Shown in pieces: positions 1-13,904 of a stretch of DNA of 64,000 bases. The translations under genes were made by a program, and so were the position numbers. The DNA comes from Octopus sinensis (Eukaryota), in assembly GCF_006345805.1 (NCBI RefSeq), contig NC_043017.1, positions 16,120,001-16,184,000 on the forward strand, given 5' to 3'. The notes below the pieces were generated by a model that was given only the letters and a program-made list of their open reading frames with translations, was not told where the DNA came from and did not search any database. The first letter of the stretch is position 1. The number at the start of each line of letters is the position of its first letter.

Positions 1-36
1 GATTTGATATATATATATATATGTCTTATGTCAGTG

Positions 37-68
<32 letters not shown>

Positions 69-100
69 TGTATGTATGTATGTATGTATGTATGTATGTA

Positions 101-139
<39 letters not shown>

Positions 140-203
140 GCGTGTATGTGTGAACATCTCTGGATATCATCTGTGTGTATACACACACACATACACACAC
201 ACA

Positions 204-543
204 TATAGGTACAGGACGTCACAAACTGTAAACAACATGAAATACGAAAACAAATGAGATGAACGAAGGAAACAAATGGAAAACAGGACAAGGAACATAA
301 AGAACGACCCTTCATCAGTTGTCGGCTGTCCATCTACTCCTCATTTCGAGCATTGAACGACAATACAAGTCTTCGAAGGCAGTTGCTAACACAAAAGCCA
401 CAAGAAATGGACAGCCGACAACTGATGAAGGGTCGCTCTTTATGTTACTTGTCCTGTTTTTCCATTTGTTTCTCTCGTTGTTTGCGTATTCATCTCATTT
501 GTTTTCGTATTTCATATTTTACTGCTGGTGACGTCCTGTATCC

Positions 544-547
<4 letters not shown>
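204..547. repeat. Foldback element (arms ~204-333 / 407-547), probably PLE-terminus derived
   Basis: Diverged ~130-bp inverted arms between microsatellites. Each arm has CTGATGA (422-428 +, 312-318 -), but no clear GAAA half-core. Confidence 0.7.
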
Positions 548-619
<72 letters not shown>

Positions 620-2745
620 ATAATATATATATCTATATGTATATATTTATATTATAATGTATATATATATATATTTATACCCACACATATACATATATAT
701 ACATATATATATATATAATATATATATATATAATATATAATATATATATTATATATATACATACACACCATACACACACCACATATACATGTATAAACAC
801 ACACACATATACATGTATTACACAACGCTCATACATATATATATACGATATAATCTTGTTATTCAATCCTCGTTTGAACTTTGATCTTCCCAGCCCCATT
901 ACGAGCCGAGGGTATTACACACGCATAGAAACGCACACACACACACGTATATATATATATATATATTATATATATATATATACACACACACCTCTGCACA
1001 TCCACACACCACATTCAGATAAAAGCCGAACATTACAATTTAGACAAAATGTTACAGAAACAATCTCTCACACAACAACAACAACAACAACAACAACAAG
1101 ACATGCACAAACGGAATCCTCTTCTTCTTCTTCTTCCTCCTCCTCATCAGCATCGCCATTAAAAGATTAGTAGAGAGAGAGAGAGAGAATGGTGAGGGTG
1201 TTGGAGGAGGAGGAGGAGGTGGAGGTCTGGTCAGGGCCCAGTGTCTGCCACTCCACAGAACTGACGAAACAACAGCATTTCTGTATTATCGGAAAGTCAG
1301 GGATGGTGGCTGCGGTGGTGGTAGTGGTGGTGGTGGGGGCGCGGCTGGTGGAATGGCGAATATTGCGTAATTGTTGTTGTTGTTATTTCTGCCAAGGACA
1401 GTTGTAATCCAGCCATGACCATCTCGCATTTCTACTATATGTAGGACTCCAAGGATCGCATTCAACGTGTGATTTGAGGGAGATTTGCTGCTATTTCTTG
1501 CATGAGGTGGGACACCCTCTGTGGTGGTGGTGGGGTTGGGGGAGGGTATGGGGATGGTCTAGTATAGAACAACTGCCAGCAGCGGAAGAGAGGGTGGTGG
1601 TGTTGATGGTGGTGGTGGGCCGCACCCAGGCTCGAAATAAAATCTGGCAGATAACAGGGATGGGTGGCCACATCGCCAGCTAATACGCTCTTAGATAACG
1701 TGGAATGGTACCTCCCCCCCCTCGTACTCGTCCTCCTCCCCGCCCTCCTCCTTTTCCTCCCCTCCTCATCCTTCTCGTCATCATAATCACTATCTTTATC
1801 ATCCTCATCATCTTCGTCATCGTCGCCGTCGTCGTAATCATCACCACCACCACCACCACCACCGTCGTCGTCGTCGTCATCATCAACATTATTTTTCATC
1901 GTCATCGTCATCAACATGGCCGTCGTTGTCATCGTCATCATTATCACTGCCACCGTCGTCATCAGCATCATTATCACCATCATCGTCGTCGTCGTCTCCC
2001 GTCCTCCGGCCCCTCACTCGTTCAACCGATCCAATCCCCCCCGTCCACCCAGCGTCTCCTCGCCCGGTTCGTTTCCCTCTGACGAACCGGTCAGAGGCAG
2101 AGGACACTCCCCAGCATCAACCCATTGGCTCATCTACTGAAGTATACATTGTTATACTCCACCAGGGTAACGAATATGTTGCTCTCGGCATTTGGGAAAC
2201 ACACACACACGCTTGGAAAGGCGCACACATCACACATACACGGACATGCACACACATACACACTTCACACACACACACACGTATACACAGGTATATATGT
2301 GTATGTGTGAATGCATTTGTAATAAACACACAAATATGGATGATCATAAGTGCATCAATGAAGCAATCAGTCAGTCTGCTGTCTGTCTGTCTATCTGTCT
2401 GTTTCTGTCTGCTGTATGTAAGCATGTATTTTTCTATCTACGATACTCATACACACACACACACACACAGACACACACACGTATATACATATATATGTGC
2501 AAATATGCATGTGTGTATATACGTATTACATATATGTTTATATAAATGCATATATATATGTTTAAATACACATACATATATACACGCGCGCACACACCAC
2601 ATATATATGCTCACCAAAAGAACTTACAGAAACATACAAATATACGTATACATAGATGTATACGTATATTTATGTGTATATATATATATAAACACATACA
2701 CGCACACAACAACGCACACACACACGCACACACACCAACACCACA

Positions 2746-2796
<51 letters not shown>

Positions 2797-3241
2797 ATGC
2801 AGTAAGCTAAATACGGCAGATAAGACCTGGTGTAGAAATATCTTATCTGTAATTCTCCTCCAAATATTCTTTGCAACGCTCGTCCTGTCCTTAAACTGCC
2901 GCCACCATTTTGGATTCTGCCTCTATCGTTTTATGAAACATTCAACTCCGACGCTAAAAAGAAAAGATAAACATCAACAAAACATATAATAAATAAATGA
3001 ATAATAAAACAGTTTTTTTGATATCTGATCCGTATGATATCATCTCTTAATCATACTTCAGCCCCACCCCGAACTGATCTTCAAATAAACGCAGGCATGT
3101 AATATCGGTTTTCGCCTGCAATGGCGGCCGTGAGCTCTCCGTTATTTCATGCTACCTGTGTGAAGCCTGCTGTTTGTCTACAGAAGAACAGAAAATTGAA
3201 AGGAAAACATTCAGTTCGAATAAACTGAAGTACAGTTTATG

Positions 3242-3395
3242 GGCACAGGCGTGGCAGCGTGGTTAAGAAGTTAGCTTCTAAACATCGTGGTTTTGGGTTC
3301 GACCCCACACAGAAATGCTTTCTAGTATGGCTTCGAGTTGTTCAATACGTCGAGAGTGGAATTTGATGGACGGAAACTGTGAAGAGGTTCGTTAG
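3242..3395 (+). mobile_element. tRNA-headed SINE fragment (family B, CORE-like), degenerate
   Basis: GGCGTGGCAGCGTGGTTAAG...GGGTTCGACCCC A/B boxes; body similar to 44088-44470. Confidence 0.6.
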
Positions 3396-3605
3396 CGGAT
3401 CAGTTTTTGAGCTGCAGCTTTAATCTGTGTTCCTGTTTGACAGAATCGACTGGCCCTTAATGTCTTTTGTAGAGTTCACTCTATCGAAAGGATTAGGGGA
3501 GAGGTTTCCAGTGTGACGATAACACCTCATTCCTCTCACCATTCCCTGTGCTCCTGGCCCTTCTCTTTGGTCACTGCGCTTCTTCTTTGAAAATAATAGA
3601 GTTAT

Positions 3606-4005
3606 TATCAAAGGCTTTCCAGCTGGTGACCATCCCATCTTTTATTATTCAGGCATAGTGTATCTAGGACTACATCATCTAATGTCTCCACTTTGTTCTT
3701 GCTGTTTAGCCCTAGGTCACTTTTGGTCCAGTAGACCTGTAGTAAAAAGTATTTCAGCTGTGACCAATTGTGTCACAAGCATAAGTGTATCTAAGGCTAT
3801 AATACCCAATGTGTCGTTCTTTGTTGTTTAACCCCAGGTGAGTTCTTATCTAGTAGATCTGCGATCAAAAGTATTCTAGCCATGATCAATCCTGTCTTTT
3901 ATTTAGGCGTAGTGTATCTAGGACTACACTATCTAATGTGTCCTTCTTTGTTATTGTCGTTTAACAAACCTATGATCTATGACATTCCAGCAGTGACCAT
4001 CCACA
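3606..4005 (+). repeat. Diverged tandem array of ~120-bp units
   Basis: Recurring ttccagc-gtgaccat...gtgtatctaggactaca...aatgtgtc blocks; related copies near 1405-1465 and 19430-19590 (-). Confidence 0.55.
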
Positions 4006-4029
4006 ATTTTTATGGGAAGGAGTAGAGTC

Positions 4030-4200
4030 AAACATATCAGCCACAGAACTCGAACGTTATTTTATCGATCTGCTGCTCGCCCCACGAGACTGGAAAACAA
4101 AGTCGACACCGGTGGGGTTTGACCTCAGAACGTAAGGAGCCGTAACTATATGCCATAAGACATTCTGTTCCGACGCTCTAACGACTCTGCTAATCCCGCG
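4030..4200 (-). mobile_element. SINE family A fragment
   Basis: Reverse complement matches ttacgttctgag-tcaaa...gtcgacttt...gataaaa of 36176-36406. Confidence 0.6.
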
Positions 4201-4695
4201 CGACCAATAAACGAGAAGAGATTGCAGTGGAGGTGGGGGTGCGGGTGCGGGTGGATGGAAGTGGGGGTGGGGGTGCGGGTGGATGGAGGTGGGGGTGCGG
4301 GTGGATGGAGGTGGAAATATCAGAATACTGAGAAATGGAAATAGAAATTTGAAAATTATTTGGAGCATGAAATCACCAGAACCTACCCCTACCGTCCCCT
4401 TATAATTAGGTACCCTGGTAAGTTGGCGGTGAAAGGCACCACACACCCACACGCACACATATACGAGCATATCTATCTATCTATCTATCTATTCTATCTA
4501 TCTATCTATCTACTACTATCTATCTATCTATCTATATGCACACACACACACACACAACCACACACACACACACCACACACATATATATATATATATTGCA
4601 TATATATATACATATGATATAAGATAGATAATCTAGATAAGTATATATATATGTATATATATATTATATGTGTGTGTGTATATAGTATATGTATG

Positions 4696-4747
<52 letters not shown>

Positions 4748-5059
4748 ACACACATACATATATCTATGCCATACACACGCGCGCACATATATATACATAC
4801 ATAGATATATAATACATATGCTATATATATATATATAAATCGGGTTTCTGTGACTCCACCCAATATTAAATGTCTCTGCTCAGCAACCTGATCTGAAAGA
4901 ATCTCAGAAGAATCTTATCTCGATTAGAACCATTCTCAGTCTTAGAAGGACACAAATTATATTTTGGTTAATTATAGATGGAGATTGGTGGACGATGGAA
5001 TCACCAGGGGGTGCGGATAACATTCAACGATTAAACCGCATTTAGTTACAATCCATTCA

Positions 5060-5990
5060 GCTCTGAGATCAAATCCTGCCGGAAACAAGTTTACCTTCCG
5101 TCCCTTCCACCAGCAGTTATATACTGGGGTCCAAGTTGACTCAGTTACGTTCTCTGCCCCTAGATTTCTGACTTCCAAGTGTCGCCACGGTCTGAGATCG
5201 AAGCCCACCTTTGACGGAATGGTTGCCTTCAGTCTCTTCCAAGATAATAAGATAACGTACCGGTTATGTACTGGGGTAAATTTAGTTAAACATTTTGCGA
5301 CTAAATATGTTTGTATCACCAATCGCTGTTTAGTCGAAATCTTTACGTTCTGAGTTCAAATACAGTTGAAGCCGGTCTTGCCTCTCCATATCCCTTTGGG
5401 CCATTGTTAATTGAATTTTCTTTGCTTCTTTGTTTTTGCTACATTTTACGCTCTCTTTCTTAGAATTCCAGAAAGTTAATTTTTGTACCGTTTCCAATGT
5501 TTTTTGTTAACCCTTCGTCATTAATAAAGGAAATATATCCTCCTCCTCCTTCCCATTATCATCATCATCATCATCATCTTTAAAGAACTCCAGAAGGATG
5601 AAATGCAAGCTTAGTGGACAAACAGAATCGCTAGAGCGTCAGATAAAAATGTTTTGCGATTTTTTACATTCTGAGATCAAATCCCGCTGAGTTCACCTTT
5701 GTCTTTCACTTCGATAAAATAAAATAACAGTCAAGGACTGGGGTTGATGGCATCGACTAAGTCTTCCGCCCCTCAAAAAGTTCGGACCTTATGGCTAAAC
5801 CATAAATCATTATTAATAGAGAGCGTCGGACTAAAAGCTTTGAAGAATTTGTTCGGCTCTTTAAGCGCTGCTTTCAAAATCTGCCGAGGTCAACTATGCC
5901 TTTTAATCTTCGGGGACCCGAAAAAATATAATATCAGTAAGATATTGGGGTCGGTTTATCTTTATGTTAGACAAACCCTTATTAAAATCC
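5060..5990 (+). mobile_element. Cluster of ~5 degenerate same-orientation SINE family A fragments
   Basis: Repeated ctgagatcaaatcc / gcctttc / actgggg motifs near 5060, 5190, 5345, 5670 and 5875. Confidence 0.55.
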
Positions 5991-6469
5991 CTGTTCCAAG
6001 ATCCGGTTACCTGAACCCAATATTTGCATATTTAGAACTTTGAAATAAAAATGATTATTTAGTGAGGGGAGAGGAATAAGGAACAACAGCGCCTAGGGCC
6101 CTGTTTTTTAGGGTTTCTTAGAATAGTTGGGGGTGGGGGGTGGGGGCAAGGGAAAAATCGAAGTATTACACTGGAGATCTAAACCCGGTCTGAATATTTA
6201 CAGCAGCGTGGGCCCCACGAAAAGGTGTGTGGTGGGGATGCGAGACTGGTGGTGGCCGGGTGGAGTTGATTAAGCCTGGCACACACTTGTAGTAGTGGTA
6301 GTGGTAGTGATGGTTGCGGCGGCGGCGGCGGCGGCGGTGGTGGTGGTGGTGTTAGTAGCAGAAAGTAGTTAGACCCACTCAGACAAAACAAAGAGGGGGG
6401 GGGAAGCAATTGACTTTTACAATATAAAAGGAAGGAATAAAAACAAAACAAAAAGCAAAAACAACTGCA

Positions 6470-6925
6470 GCAACCCACCACCACCACCACCACCGCCACC
6501 ACCACCACCACCACCGCCACACCACCACCTACCACCACCACCACCACCACCACCACGCCACCACCACCACCACCACCACCGCCACCACACCACCACCACC
6601 CACCACCACCACCACCACCACCACCACCACCAACACCACCACCACCACACCACCACGCGCCACCACCCCACCAACTCACCACCGCCACACAACCACCACC
6701 ACAACAACACAACACACAACAACCCCCAGCATAGCAACCACCACCACCAGCAACAACAACAACAAAACACCATCACCATCACTAACACCAACAGCATCAA
6801 AACCACTACCACCAGCACCATGAATAACAATGTTGTCGCCACAGCACCATCCTCATCAGGAGAACCCCACCTCACCACCACCACCACCACCACCACCACC
6901 ACCACCACCACCGTTACCACCATCA
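6470..6925. repeat. (CCA)n/(CAA)n low-complexity tract
   Basis: Direct reading. Confidence 0.9.
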
Positions 6926-7293
6926 ACAACATCCCCCGCATCCCCCTCGCCCATCACCAGCAATGTTCAACGGCAACAACAATGACGAAACGAAAGTCTG
7001 TTGCGGAGAAGAAGCGAGGCGGCGGCGGTGGGGGTGACGGTGTTGGTGGTGGAGGCCAGGAACCGAAATGGTTAGGAGGGAAGAAGACCGACCATTATAA
7101 TGGTTTACATATCGATCACCAAGAAGATAGGATTCTTTAAAATGGTAATCAGTTAGGCAGGTGGTTTGAGATTGGTTTAGACTGGTTTAGACTGGTTTAG
7201 AAACACACACACACACACACACACACAAGCGCTTATACGTACATGCACATGTCTATGTATATACGTTTTTATGTATGTGTGTGTGTGTGTGTG

Positions 7294-7325
<32 letters not shown>

Positions 7326-7560
7326 CATACATACATACCTACATATGTGCATATATAGATATGTGCGCACATGTATGTGTATGTGTATATATATGTATAT
7401 ATGGCATTATTAAATCTCAGAACGAGATGTATATATGTTACTATGTATATATGTAAATAGGTCATGTATATATGAATATATATGCTTTCATCTTTTATTC
7501 TTTTATGTTTCAGCCCTAAGGGTGTGACCATGCTGTGGCACCGCCAGTCATATAAGACAT

Positions 7561-7591
<31 letters not shown>

Positions 7592-7631
7592 GCAGTATAT
7601 ATATATATAGTATATAGATATATTTATGAAT

Positions 7632-7687
<56 letters not shown>

Positions 7688-7699
7688 ATATAGATATAT

Positions 7700-7738
<39 letters not shown>

Positions 7739-7860
7739 ATATATATATATATATATAGGTATGTATATCTACGTACGTATGCATGTTTCTCTACGTATCG
7801 ATTTATCATCTATCTACACACACACAAACACACAAAAAACACACACAACACACAAAACAC

Positions 7861-7914
<54 letters not shown>

Positions 7915-8164
7915 GAGCTGACATCGAAATCTATAGATTGCAGCGATGAGGGTCATTGCGTTGCGTTAACCTCTAAATGCCATTCTTCTCTTTGCCATAA
8001 TTTTATTCATTAGAACAATACTGAGGAGTTGGACGAACTTGAGAAAACGTTTCCTGAAACAACACCATACTGAATTCACCTTACAGCTCGTGTGTGTATG
8101 TGTGCATGTGCAAGTCTATGTGTGTGTGTCTGTGCACAGGTTCATCAGGTAAGCCATGCCATAA

Positions 8165-8213
8165 CTCACCTGATGAACCTGTGAATGCACAGGTGAGACA
8201 TTAAAGTAGCGAG
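8165..8213 (+). ncRNA. Type I hammerhead ribozyme, mutated
   Basis: CTCAC-CTGATGA-ACCTGTG aatg CACAGGT-GAGA-CATTAAAG-TA-GCGAG: perfect 7-bp stem II, GAAA>GAGA; short inverted copy at ~8135-8150. Confidence 0.7.
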
Positions 8214-8372
8214 AGACTAACTCGATCGAATTTATGTTCAATCAACCTCAACTATCGCATTGGACACTCTTCCCTTTAACAGTCAACACACACACACAGG
8301 TTGTACGTACACGTAATATATGTATATACCTACATACATACATACGTACATACATACATACAGACAGACACA

Positions 8373-8406
<34 letters not shown>

Positions 8407-8415
8407 CATACATAC

Positions 8416-8479
<64 letters not shown>

Positions 8480-8483
<4 letters not shown>

Positions 8484-8655
8484 CGCTAGCCACTACACAT
8501 TCTTTATTTTCTCTCCCTGTTTATTTCTGTGTTCCTTTCTGTGGAAGAGCGTAGGCCCGAAACGTAAACGACCTTCTCACTTCCCGAGCGTCAAACTAAT
8601 ACATCTATTTGTTGTTTACACACCCGTCTTCGTCTTTTTGTAAATTCTCAGTATA
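8480..8655 (+). mobile_element. Solo PLE terminus with HHR variant (8536-8568)
   Basis: TTT-CTGTGGA-AGAGCGTAGGCCC-GAAA-CG-TA; homologous to the PLE 3' end at 62113-62310 (-). Confidence 0.7.
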
Positions 8656-8802
8656 TGTATATATATATTTTTATATGTATGTATGTATGTGTGTGTGTGT
8701 GTGTTTATATATCTATTAGATATTAACGACGGAAAACGTACATGTACAGTATTGCAATTTTTATATCCCTCTTATCGTGGATGTGTTGTAGGAATACCGT
8801 AA

Positions 8803-8924
8803 TACTGTACAGGTGTTTCGTGCATGAATGCATAGGGGTATCAGTAGCAGACAAGAAATGTCCGACAGAAATGATGGAACTGTTGTATCACGGGATTTCT
8901 GATCTCTGCACCTCATCGGAAGCA
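8803..8924 (-). ncRNA. Type I hammerhead ribozyme, U4C core, long stem II insertion
   Basis: Minus strand TGCTT-CCGATGA-G-GTGCA[~80 nt]TGCAC-GAAA-CACCTG-TA-CAGTA. Confidence 0.6.
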
Positions 8925-9044
8925 GGCATCTGCTAGCACCGCAAGCTGGTCAAATATATACTCACACATACATTTAGATATATACAAACATACATACATT
9001 TATAACAATTAAAAAATTGAAGAGATTTACATACATACATACAT

Positions 9045-10530
9045 TATGGCTTTCCCCTCGTTATCGAGTATGGCCATTGTACGAAGCTTAACTGTTATTG
9101 GTGCTGTGATCAAATGTGACTTTTTAGCCCAGCTAAAGATCTACAATGTCTTGTACAGAATTGGCAACTAATACCTTTACCGGTAATAGCCGGCTATAGT
9201 TGTAACTGGGCTTCATGTACCTTTGCATGTTGTTTAAGTCCTCCTGCCGAATTACACTCTCTTCCACATGCCCGACAGATATGATTAGTATGGTGTATTT
9301 CACCACCACCAGTGGCCAGGTTCTCACTCATCTGTCTCGCTTTATGACTACGAAGATGACTCTTGCGTCCAGCTTTACTGAGGCAGGGTCTTGCACAGAC
9401 ATTGCATGTCAGGATCAAGGGAAGACTCTTCCCATCTGGAAGTGTAACAGTGATGCCCTTCCTGACATCCCTCCTTACTTTCCCATGTGCAACTCGAGAT
9501 TTCTCAAAAGTGGCTGTCCTCTCGTGCACAATCCTTCTCCACCTGCTACGATCAATAGCTATGCCTTCCCATGTGTCAGGAGAGATGCAAGCATCTCTTA
9601 AGGAAGCCTTCAGCAAGTCCTTATACCTCTTTTTTGGTTTATGTGGAAGTCGTTATCCTTTAGCTAACTCTCCATAAAAGAGTTATTTTGGCATCCTTGA
9701 ATCCTTCATCCTGACCAGATGACCACTCCATCTGAGCCTTTGCTTTAACACAAGAGCTTCTATACTTTCACACCGAGAGCCTTCCAATATTTCAAAATCA
9801 CTGATGCGGTCCTTCCAATTAATGCCATAGATCCGTCTGAGGCACATCTGATGGGAATGTTCCAGTTGTTTAAGATGGTATCGATATGTGATCCACGTCT
9901 CACAGGCATAGAGAAGAGAAGGGAGCACACATGCCTTGTACACCTTTATCTTCGTCTTTCTGCATATGTCTCGCCGACTCCAGAGGCGCTTTTCTAGCCC
10001 TCCGAAAGCAACACTTGCTTTCCTAATTCTATATGGAATTTCATCATCCAAATTGCTATATCTATTAATAGTGCTTCCCAGGTAGACAAACTGATCAACT
10101 ACATCAAGTTTTTTACCATACACATAGATATTTGGTACACTATGCTGCTTACCAGGGGTAGGTTGATGCATGACAACAGTTTTCTTGAGATTGACTGTCA
10201 ATCCTAAGGCAGTGCAAGCATCAGAGAATGCATTCAAAATGTGTTGCATATCAATCTGTGTGTGTGCTACTAGCTCACAATCATCAGCATACAAAAGGTC
10301 TCTTATGATAGAGGTAAATACCTTTGTGTTTGCAGCAAGGCGCCTGATATTAGATATGCTGCCAGAGGTTCGATAATGGACGTAAACACTGTATCTGCAG
10401 TTTCTGAATGCAATACAGAACACCATTGCAAAATATATGGAAAATAGGGTCGGTGCCAGAATATCCCTCTGTTTCACTCCATTTTGTATTGAAATGGGCT
10501 CCGACATTTTCCCTCTAACATTCACCCTGC
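9045..10530 (-). mobile_element. 5'-truncated RTE-clade LINE (RT, C-terminus with two C2H2-like fingers, 3' UTR)
   Basis: GVKQ..LAPTLF, LLYADD, FVYLGS, LLYACETW, RLRWSGHLVRM..SRMPK. ORFs 9683-10786 and 9194-9616 are in the same frame, split by one TAA. Flanked by (CATA)n on both sides. Confidence 0.93.
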
Positions 10531-10700
10531 CATACATACATACATACATACATACATACATACATACATACATACATACATACATACATACATACATACA
10601 TACACACACACATACATGCATACATACATACATACATACATACATACATACATACATACATACATGCATGCATGCATACATACATACATACATACATACA

Positions 10701-10734
<34 letters not shown>

Positions 10735-11039
10735 CACAAGTATGTATACATATGCATATATATTCTTTACTATGTGGAAGACACATTTTAGCCGCTCAAA
10801 AAAGAACAAAAAACAAAAAAAGCACGCACAAACTGTTAACTTCTCTTAACCATTATTTCGTGTCAAAATGTTCATCACATTGTCTGCAACCTGGTCACTG
10901 CAACTGATTTGAAACTTAGTTCCTGGCCAATATATATAGGCATCAGGATTTTAGGTTTGATGCTTTAGTTCCTCTCTAGTGCGAACCTGCTATCTTAAAG
11001 GTAAGACATAAAGAGGGAGGTACATATATATGTATGTGT

Positions 11040-11172
11040 GTCTGTGTTGCTCTCCCAACACCCCTTGACAACTGATGCTTGTGTGGGTTTACGTCCCCGT
11101 ATCTAGCGGTTCGGTAAATGAGACCGATAGAATAAGTACTAGGCTTACAAAGATTAAGTCCTGGGGTCGATT
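11040..11172 (+). mobile_element. SINE family B 3' part
   Basis: tagcggttcgg...gaccgatagaataagtactaggcttacaaa, shared with 18950-19065 and 44370-44470. Confidence 0.7.
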
Positions 11173-11404
11173 ATGTATACAGGTATATATATATATTCAA
11201 GCACACACACACACAAACAAATATATATATATATATCATAATATATATATATATATATTTGTTTGTGTGTGTGTGTGTGCGTGTGTGTGTGTGCTTGAAT
11301 ATATATATATACCTGTATACATAAGCTTGTGTATTGCGGCCATGCTGGAGCACTAGCGATTTTTTTCCTCTGTCTTCCCTTCTCGGGATATTTCCTTCTC
11401 CTAT

Positions 11405-11439
11405 GTTTCCGACGAAGAGCTCCGCTCGAAACGTCAAAC
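11405..11439 (+). ncRNA. Minimal type I hammerhead ribozyme (U4C) in a solo PLE terminus (~11357-11540)
   Basis: GTTT-CCGACGA-A-GAGC tcc GCTC-GAAA-CG-TC-AAAC; stems I and II pair, stem III is the palindrome ACGT. Confidence 0.75.
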
Positions 11440-11535
11440 CCTCCTTCTTCCCGTCTTTCCTGAGCGTCTAATAATACTTTATTTGTTCCACGTCCTTGCG
11501 TTGTTGTGTTTTTGTTTTTGTTTTCTTGTTTGGAT

Positions 11536-11604
<69 letters not shown>

Positions 11605-12182
11605 TGTATATCTTTGTTCTGTATAGTAGTGAGAGTGATGTTATATCAATGTTTGTGGTAGCGGTCGTCGTCCCGTGGTTGTAGCCGTGAATTTGGTGAT
11701 GATGGTAGTGGTGGTAGTGGTGGTAGTGATAATGGCAGGAGGTAGTGATGGTGGCGGCGGTGGTGGTTTTTTTAATGTTTTTATCAATGTTTTGGTTGTT
11801 GTTGTGGTTTAAGAGATAAGTCATATTTTTTTTTATCTGGAAATACCTGGATTATTGTTAGATAGCAGACTCCACCCGACAACGCTAACCGGGTATTCCA
11901 CTCCACCCGAATACTTATTACAGAAGGTGACAAAGAAAGATAACACTGTAACAATACACCCGATAGATACACACACATACAATAGGCCGCACATACGCAT
12001 GCGCGCACGCACACACACACTCGCACCCCCCACAGGACACAGATATTCATATACCCCCCATATATATGTAAATGCGTATATGCAATTATGTATATGTTTA
12101 TGTGTATGTATGCATATACATATCTATATATACGTTTGTGTGTGTGTGTATATATATATATACATATATGTTGATATGTGCG

Positions 12183-12219
<37 letters not shown>

Positions 12220-12548
12220 ATATATGTATATATATATATATATATGTATATATATGTGTGTATGTATATATAAATATAAATATATAGATTAGATATATAT
12301 ACATATATATACACACACACATACACACACATATGTATATATATACATATATATATATGCACGTACATATGTATATATGTTTATTTATTCGATCGCTGTA
12401 GTATTCATGCAGCATGCAGAAATCGGTGCATCGCTGCACATGCACACACACACACATATATGGATGGTGGAGGAAGGGAGTGAATGGTTGACTGTATATA
12501 CATCTTTCCCTGTGTGTGTGTGTGCCTGTGTGTGCACATGAAGAATCC

Positions 12549-12596
<48 letters not shown>

Positions 12597-13182
12597 ACAA
12601 ACACATGCATATAAGTATGCAATGATAGATAAAGAGAGACAGAGACACCTTTCCGACTCTCGGTATTTATCAATTACCATACTGTCCAGATAGTATCTAG
12701 TGATACTCTTAACACACACACACACACACACACACACACCACACACTCACATTCAGGAGTCTACCTGTACGTAAGGAGGCGGGTGCAAGGTAAGTGTGCC
12801 ACACCTCTGTCTCAGTGTGAGTGCCGCCAATATCGCAGACGTATTTACCTAACCTTAACTTTGATGCTATTTCACACCCCGTATCACCATTAGATGGAGA
12901 AACAGATAAACATTATTGCACCACTCACTCACTCATGTATATATGTGTATATATGTGTGTTTGTATGTATATATGCTCACACAGATACCCCGTATCATTG
13001 TTAGATAAATAGATAAGCAGAACTATCCACCGCTCTCGCTCTCTATGTCTACCCCATTTCAATGTCATATATGTGTGTGTAATTATATGTATATATATAT
13101 ATATGTATATCTATATATATGTATGTATGTATGTATGTATATGTATATGTATATATATGTATGTATATATGTAATATATATT

Positions 13183-13216
<34 letters not shown>

Positions 13217-13261
13217 TAAATATATTCATACGTACATATATATTAGGCGTGCACCTGTCCA

Positions 13262-13302
<41 letters not shown>

Positions 13303-13479
13303 TATATATATGAATATATATACGCTTTTATGCATACGTATATATGTATGAATATATTCAAATATATAGATAAACAGAAGCGCACAGACACACATACATA
13401 TATTGTTGACCTCATAGAAAAAGGTATTATACATACATGCATACATACATGCATACATACATAGATATTATATATATAT

Positions 13480-13519
<40 letters not shown>

Positions 13520-13796
13520 AGAGGAGGAGGAGGAAGAGGAAGAAAGATATAAATGTCCATAATCAATGTTCAGACCTGAATGTTCGCCGAGAATTAATTT
13601 TCTTCAACATTGATATCAAACAATTAGCAGAGATTATTAGGAAGGCAGTGTATACACAGGGAGTGGGGTGTATACACTGAGAAAGAACTGTATATATTAT
13701 AAATAGTTTAGTGGTTAACAGCTGTACTCCAACTATATATATATTCACTTATTGACAGCAGTTATCCCCCCCTCTGTCTCTCTCTGTCTCTCTCTC

Positions 13797-13904
<108 letters not shown>

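Noticed and set aside
2064-2097. CTGACGA-ACCGGTC-AGAGG resembling an HHR
   Set aside because: No stem II or GAAA; explained by simple overlapping hairpins.
1462-2810. Long Asp/His/Ser/Pro-rich ORFs
   Set aside because: Derived from trinucleotide low-complexity DNA; open in several frames; no domain recognised.
2820-2970. Possible minus-strand exon (polypyrimidine-AG acceptor); also a donor-like AAG/GTGAG near 19630
   Set aside because: No sustained ORF or matching partner sites; cannot be supported without RNA data.
3606-4005. CRISPR-like repeat spacing
   Set aside because: Diverged tandem units without unique spacers, in a eukaryotic context with no cas genes.
10531-10786. N-terminal 85 aa of the 367-aa RT ORF
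   Set aside because: Read-through of the (TATG)n flank into a 5'-truncated LINE, not a real fusion.
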